A stretch of DNA of 64,000 nt, taken from NCBI GenBank assembly GCA_949358305.1, contig OX442314.1, positions 26,846,001 to 26,910,000 on the forward strand. The letters run 5' to 3'. Below, one piece after another: positions 58,010 to 64,000 of this stretch (its first letter is position 1; each line of letters begins with the position of its first letter). Source of the DNA: Strigamia acuminata (lineage: Eukaryota). The notes beneath the pieces were generated by a model. It saw only the letters and a list, made by a program, of their open reading frames with translations. It did no database searches and was not told the origin of the DNA. The translations under genes and the position numbers were made by a program.

Positions 58010-60874
58010 ATGGCGTCCTACGATCCAAAAGTAACAATTACGATTCCAAAACCAACGCAAAAAGGTTATCCAAAGTACCTGCCGATACCACCAATCGAAG
58101 CGTCGGGCGAAGGACTGGTGCCACGCTGGCATCCGGACCACCCAAACGACCAAAGTTTTCCAAACTATGAACTTTGTCCAGTTTGTAGCGGGACCGGATT
58201 TGAAATATACCAACTGCGGGCGCCACGAGAATGCCGAGCATGTCGGGGCGGCGGTGACTTGCGTCGTTGCAAATTCCGGAAATGGATGCGCCTTATGTTC
58301 GCTTATGTATTAGGCTACGAGTCGATAGATAAAACTTCGTTGGCTGGAGTGGATTTTCCGCCGCCGAGGATTCCATTCGGCAGTGCAAACGCCATCGCTC
58401 GTTTTCGTCATGCACACGCGTCATATTTGGCACGCATAAAGCAATTGGCAAGAGAAAAGGGAATCCGACCTTTAACCTGGGAATATCCAGAGGGAGCCTA
58501 CATAATTGCCGGCGAGCAACCTGCCGAACTTCCGGACCAGTTTGTGACGCCTGAAGGAAAGACCTACGATGTGGAATCGGGTATAGAGCTGTGTTTGACG
58601 GCGCCCAATGTGGTCGCGGATGCGAAAAGAGCATATTCAGAACCAGAGAAAGTTGCGGCCGACTTGCCATTTCAGCATTCAAATCTGCGTCCACGACATA
58701 CGTACGAGGAGCGGAGCACGCACCGTTTGAAGGAATACACGCAGAAAGTGACGAAAAGGATTGGAGCAGAGGCGAATCGAGACACTCACTTCGTGACGGG
58801 ACGATCCGGACCAACATCGAACGCGTCTTCGATTATAGTTGAGGAAAACGGAGCGGTTGGAGGAGCGCCTATCGCCTTGCCTGTCGTCGAATCGACTGAA
58901 GAACTTTCGTTGAACGATCAAGTGGCTAAAAAGGTAGTAAAGAATGAAGAAAACAGAAGAGAGAGAGAGAAAATTGGTAATATCAACACGATGTCGACCC
59001 CGATCATCAAAACGGAATCGAGTGTGACGGCGGCGGAGGCGAAGTCAACCAGCGTTACAACGGTGACCACTGCTGCGCCAATCGTCATTCCTTATTTTTA
59101 TGTCGTAAAAAACAAAGCATCTTCGATTAAGACGTCCGAATCGAGCCAAGCTGCCCGACCTGTCGATGTCACCACTGTGACTCAATCGAATGTGACGCCC
59201 AAGATGATGACTTCAATTGTTGCGACATCGGTGCCGATTACGTACTCCAAAATTGCAACTTCAAACACACAAATGGACACAATTGCTGATTTTAACAAAA
59301 AACTAATTAAAGCTGATTTTTCCCCACAGGTTGACCGAGATATCAAAGCGTTGTTGAATTTTACACCATCTTCATCCATCGCGAATATCGCTGCCGAAAT
59401 TGCGAGAGATGCGGAGGAGTGCGCAAAGATCCACGACGTCAAGAAATTGGAAAACAAGGTTTCGAATCCAATTGCTAAGGCCATTTCAGCGGTCTCGAGC
59501 GGATCAACGTCGTCGGAGGGATGCGCATCTCTAAAGCCACGTTATCTCCAGGGATTCGACCGAAATGGATGTACGATGCGCCCAGACCGTATTTTCACCC
59601 AGATGTCCGAAATATTCCGGCGCCACGAGCTTGAGATACTGTACCCCATGGAGAACAGGGGTCAAGGACGAATCAACCTGAGATCGGAGGGATGGAGCGA
59701 ACTTTTTAAGATGTCGATTAATTTGGATTTCAACGTAAGCGCCTCGGACTTCAAGACGGTCGTCGGAACGATTTTTGGACGCCTCGGGAACATCGCGAAG
59801 GAAATTGAAGCGAAAATGAAAAAGGACTGTACCGGAGACGAGCACGCGGTGCATCACCTTATTGTGCACGCCGTGCACTTTAATTTAAAAGAAATCATCA
59901 CCCAAATGCATCAGAGTCGTTGCGACGCCGTCAAACGATTTCGAGAGGCCGACGCGCTCAGGGAGGCCCAGAGACTTGAGGACGAGAAAAATGCGCCCGC
60001 CAAACCACCACTGGATCCAGAATTGATCATGACGGAGGATGAAATTAAGAACTTTTCAGAAAAGATTCTCATCAAGTTGGCGCCTGAAAAATTGGTGCAA
60101 CAATTTGAGGACGCAATTGCCGAAAATCCGAAATTAGCAGATCCCCGAGCCAAGTGTTCATTCCGATACGACCCCGTGATTGTGGCGGACACAGGAATGC
60201 TCGCCTCGGAGTTATCATCGGATGTGGATTATTCAATGTCGGATGTCGAGTCGCTTCGCGAATCAACGGGCGACGAGGAAAACCACAAAGCATTCCTGGC
60301 GGCGCAAGAACACAACAAAATTGAGGTAATTCAGGTCGACGAGCCTTTCAGACTTCCTGGAGTTGGACGGGGCGGTGCGAGGGGTGGACGTCGATCGCTA
60401 TTGATGTCGAGGATGCCAAAAATGATTTTGACACCGCCAAAAGAAAAAGATGACGATCCAGGCGAAGTTGTCACACGTGAGAGTTTGCGCGAACCGGTCG
60501 AACCGAAGCCTAAGGAGAAGCGTCTCGTAGAGCCAACTTGCGCATTGGCAATCATGCAGGAGATTATCCCGATTGATGATATTTTCTACTCATTGCCATG
60601 GGAGCCTAAAATCGAATTGGTCGTGGATTGGAGTGTTCTGACGCGCCTTTTCGAAACGATCATCTTTTCGGACTTGCAGCTTGATCACAGCGCAGGCGAA
60701 AAATTGTTGTCCATCATTAAACAATATTATGTTGGACATTTCCTTTACCGAGTGAACCGAATTAGCCGGAAGTGCTACGCGACTTCTAAACAACAGGTGA
60801 GAGTGATCCTCGTGAAAACAGCGCTTAGATTGGTCTATTATGCGATGGACGGTCAGGGCGCGTCTGCATTTTAA
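58010..60874 (+). CDS. Gypsy ORF3 of unknown function, 954 aa, N-terminal CxxCxGxG zinc-finger-like pair; not env-like
   Basis: Long intact ORF between pol and the 3' LTR; CPVCSGTG...CRACRGGG; polypyrimidine-AG acceptor at about 57970-57987; no signal peptide or clear TM anchor seen. Confidence 0.85.
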   Translation: MASYDPKVTITIPKPTQKGYPKYLPIPPIEASGEGLVPRWHPDHPNDQSFPNYELCPVCSGTGFEIYQLRAPRECRACRGGGDLRRCKFRKWMRLMFAYVLGYESIDKTSLAGVDFPPPRIPFGSANAIARFRHAHASYLARIKQLAREKGIRPLTWEYPEGAYIIAGEQPAELPDQFVTPEGKTYDVESGIELCLTAPNVVADAKRAYSEPEKVAADLPFQHSNLRPRHTYEERSTHRLKEYTQKVTKRIGAEANRDTHFVTGRSGPTSNASSIIVEENGAVGGAPIALPVVESTEELSLNDQVAKKVVKNEENRREREKIGNINTMSTPIIKTESSVTAAEAKSTSVTTVTTAAPIVIPYFYVVKNKASSIKTSESSQAARPVDVTTVTQSNVTPKMMTSIVATSVPITYSKIATSNTQMDTIADFNKKLIKADFSPQVDRDIKALLNFTPSSSIANIAAEIARDAEECAKIHDVKKLENKVSNPIAKAISAVSSGSTSSEGCASLKPRYLQGFDRNGCTMRPDRIFTQMSEIFRRHELEILYPMENRGQGRINLRSEGWSELFKMSINLDFNVSASDFKTVVGTIFGRLGNIAKEIEAKMKKDCTGDEHAVHHLIVHAVHFNLKEIITQMHQSRCDAVKRFREADALREAQRLEDEKNAPAKPPLDPELIMTEDEIKNFSEKILIKLAPEKLVQQFEDAIAENPKLADPRAKCSFRYDPVIVADTGMLASELSSDVDYSMSDVESLRESTGDEENHKAFLAAQEHNKIEVIQVDEPFRLPGVGRGGARGGRRSLLMSRMPKMILTPPKEKDDDPGEVVTRESLREPVEPKPKEKRLVEPTCALAIMQEIIPIDDIFYSLPWEPKIELVVDWSVLTRLFETIIFSDLQLDHSAGEKLLSIIKQYYVGHFLYRVNRISRKCYATSKQQVRVILVKTALRLVYYAMDGQGASAF

Positions 60875-63506
60875 GAAAATAAAACTCATGGATTGACTTC
60901 AAGAACCTACAGTGACTTTGCGCCTTCTAAAAAACCATATACGAACTGTTGTGTGTGTGGACTTTGTTGTGATAATTGTGATACAAACGATAAGTGTTAT
61001 AATTGTTTAAAATGTGATTGTTATGCGCCTCGATGAAGATTTTTTACGTAAAGTTCCGTGAAAACTCAAACGCCTACGAAAGAAGATAATATTCGTTTGC
61101 GAACTTTTTATTTTTTGATATTTGTGTTTTGCTGGTCATTTTTGCTGATCATTTTTATTGGCCATTTGTGATCGTTGAAGTTTTGCTATCCTTATATTGT
61201 GATAGTTGACGCCGGATCAGCGCCTGGTCAATATTTTTGTTTGCTAATAGTTTACATTTTTATAGAAATTTTGCCACCCGTGGGCATTGTTGATTGATCC
61301 TAAATTATTTTGTTTTCTGGTCATAACACAAAATACCATTGTTAATTTTAAGTGTTATCAAATAATTTAACAAATTTTATTATTCTATATAGAGTTTAGT
61401 CGCGATTAGCGCCTAAACGTCTATTGATTTTGTTAATTTTTAATCAAACGATTTTTTTACAATATTCCTCTCCTAAACCCATTTGTTTGTGTTTGTTTGT
61501 TCTTGTCTGTAATTGCGCCAAGTTGTGCGCCTGTTGCGTCTGTCCAAATAAGTCCCTACCTACGTTATGTGTTTATTATGAGATTAGTGTTGTTGATTCA
61601 TTGTTTTTATTTATTTATATGTTCAAATTTTTATCAATCATGTTTGTTAACTCCATTTAGATGTTGATTATATAAAAACCATATAATAAACATCTAGGTG
61701 GGGGGGAGTGTCACGGTCCTGACTTTAGACAGTGTTAGTTTTCAAAATTTTGAGCGCATTTTGCGCCTTTCCTTTGAATTTTCCCCAATTTTATTGAAAA
61801 ATTGTTCTAGTTTCTTTTAATTATTTTATTTTTCCCAAATCTAAATTTATTATTTTATTTTATATTATTTTCCTTATTTTTGATATTTATCTTTAATTTG
61901 GCCTGGTTTTAATCACCCCATCCAGACAATTCATGAGAATTCTGCAATAAGTTGATATAATCGCGCTCTAAATTTGCATATTTCACCCCTGGTCGCCTGT
62001 TTTCTGCCCGGTCCCCATTGGGAATTGACTTGGCCTTTAACATGTGATCAGAGGTGACTTGTTCTGTCAAGACATTTTTGACAGAGAGAATAATTTTCGC
62101 CTTCGACTAGTCAACATCTTCTGTCTCAAACTGGAAGGTTTCCAAGTGCGATTATGTTGCGTCTCAACGCATACGGTCATTATGCAGCCCGAATTCTCAT
62201 GTTAGTCTAACTAACCACAACATTTATTATTTGCCCATTATTTGCGTATGAATTGCTGGAAAAACGGCGTATTCGACGGTCTCAATTCGTCAATACATTT
62301 TATGCCACGACTGTGACTTCCTCCTCAGCCTAGACATTTTGAACTTATACTCGTCTCAATTGCGTATTCATTTCATTATCGACGGTTCGACGACGTTGTC
62401 TGCGGTTTGGTACCTGTTTGCGCGTTCACCCAACGTTTGCGCGTGTTCAGGAGAAGAAATATACTCTTCGTAAGTACGCCTAGCATATGACGACATTTTC
62501 CCTAGTGAAGAGCGATATTTTGGTCTTAAAATTCGAAGTATCAACGTTCGCCATTTTGTACGGCGCCCGAATTGAATCCTGCACCCATAAAATACAGATT
62601 TCACGAATAGACGCTGTCTTAACCTAGCTACCACCCCCGGCAAAGTTTTAAGAGTTGCAGCGCCTGCGAACCTAAATTTTCTGGTTATTACAATCCCTGG
62701 AAATTCTTAAATTTCCGAAACCATTGTTAAAAAGTCGACTACGACGTGACAACGTGTTTTGTCATTTGTGCAAACGAAGTTCATGCTTGCTTCTGATGCA
62801 TGTAAATTTGAAATACAAAAATCTTTTTTTAAAAATCCAATAGAACCCCCACACAACCTGAACAACACCCAAACACTGTCTTTAACTTCTTCTTTCTTCA
62901 TCTAAGCTAAGTTATTGGTTTTATAAAGTGAATTAAAATGTGTCATGCAGGAGTAAAACCTTGGACATAAAAAAGTTTCTTACCTGCTCAAGCTCGGGCT
63001 CAAGGCTACTTGAATACTATAAGGTTGCGCCATCTGGTGGAAATTTAACGATTTTTTGCGCATTGATCTGCGCACAACGTCACAGAAACGTGCGTGCTGT
63101 CACAGATTATAATCTTGTGTTGCTGTATCACCGGCCATTCATGACGTCAAATTACTGAACAGATTTTTAAATTACATTTAATTAAATTTTAATTCACACG
63201 CATAAAATTTTATTTTATTTTATGTTAACTTAAAATTTGACTTTTAACTCTCGGTATTAAATATCCCTAACAATCTGAAGTCACGTACCAGCATGATACC
63301 AGTATTATTTTAGAACTTTTACATATGTTGCTGCGCCCTTTGATGACGACACGCTTTTTGACCAATGACATCAAAGTATCCAAGTTGCACCCCCCTGGCT
63401 CGTGCTCCAGAATGAGTATTTTCAACACCAACCACCAGATGGTGCAAAAACTAGTTTATTTTTTGTGACATCCCAGAGTTTAAGAAATTCATAACTAGAC
63501 ACGAGC

Positions 63507-63883
63507 CAGTGTTGAACATCGGGTACCCGTACCCGTAACCGTAACCGTACCCGCCTGTACCCTACGGGTAACGGGTACAGATCTCCCGCGACTCCCGGTT
63601 ACGCGTCGGGTACGTTTTTTTAATTTTCAACGTGTGGTGCTAACGTCGTAAATATGAGCTATAAAAATGTTAGCACCATGTTGCGAATTAACACAACAAC
63701 ACGAACAGTCGAACAACACGTAACACGAACCGAAAATGCTTGATTTGATTGCGATCGGTATGGGTACGGGTAGGGTACAGTGTGTACGGCTACTGGTAGG
63801 GTAGGGTACGGGTAAGAAATTTTAATGGGGGACGGGTAACGGGCGGGTAACGGGTAGAGCTTTTATGCCAATGTTCAACACTG
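63507..63883. mobile_element. hAT-type MITE
   Basis: TIR CAGTGTTGAACAT/ATGTTCAACACTG; exact 8-bp TSD ACACGAGC; subterminal TACCCG/CGGGTA repeats. Confidence 0.9.
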
Positions 63884-64000
63884 ACACGAGCAACCGATTA
63901 GCAGACATGGCTGCCTGCCTGCCGAGAACTGTGTTCGAATCGCCATCTGAACAATTTCATCACGTTTTCATCACAATTGACTCAGATAAGTATTAAACTG

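Larger units (their letters stand above)
49626..62751 (+). mobile_element. Full-length young Ty3/Gypsy LTR retrotransposon with three ORFs
   Basis: 1043-bp LTRs at 49626-50668 and 61709-62751 (TGTCAC...GTGACA), three substitutions seen; 4-bp TSD ACGT; PBS 50673-50689; PPT 61696-61708; pol order PR-RT-RH-IN. Confidence 0.97.

Noticed and set aside
58010..60874. ORF3 as a classical envelope protein
   Set aside because: No signal peptide or C-terminal transmembrane helix visible.

Overview
AT-rich animal (invertebrate, probably arthropod; inferred) genomic DNA. The host content is a minus-strand tandem array of three paralogous DEG/ENaC (ASC/pickpocket-like) channel genes. Gene A shows only exon 1 (927-1415) before leaving the window; gene B spans 10984-23411 and gene C 30521-47196. 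Manual splicing gives B and C 11 in-frame exons each (about 826 and 816 aa). Each encodes two complete ENaC modules in one polypeptide (TM1-ECD-TM2-linker-TM1-ECD-TM2) with a duplicated intron-phase pattern, i.e. a natural tandem concatemer of a normally trimeric channel subunit. The introns and intergenic DNA are full of mobile elements: (1) an intact DIRS1-type tyrosine-recombinase retrotransposon (4715-10182) whose gag appears to carry spliceosomal introns and a Gag-only alternative splice; (2) a decayed sister DIRS element (39532-44455) with introns at corresponding positions, nested in a Gag-only Copia element (39218-46641); (3) a truncated Copia fragment with an MBD-like domain; (4) a young 13.1-kb Ty3/Gypsy element (49626-62751) with a -1 frameshift site, an AT-hook-like motif and a non-env 954-aa third ORF; (5) many MITEs, a composite hAT-type unit, tandem repeats, and an unexplained hairpin-dense ~1.1-kb intronic insert. 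All calls were made by eye; no database searches were run.
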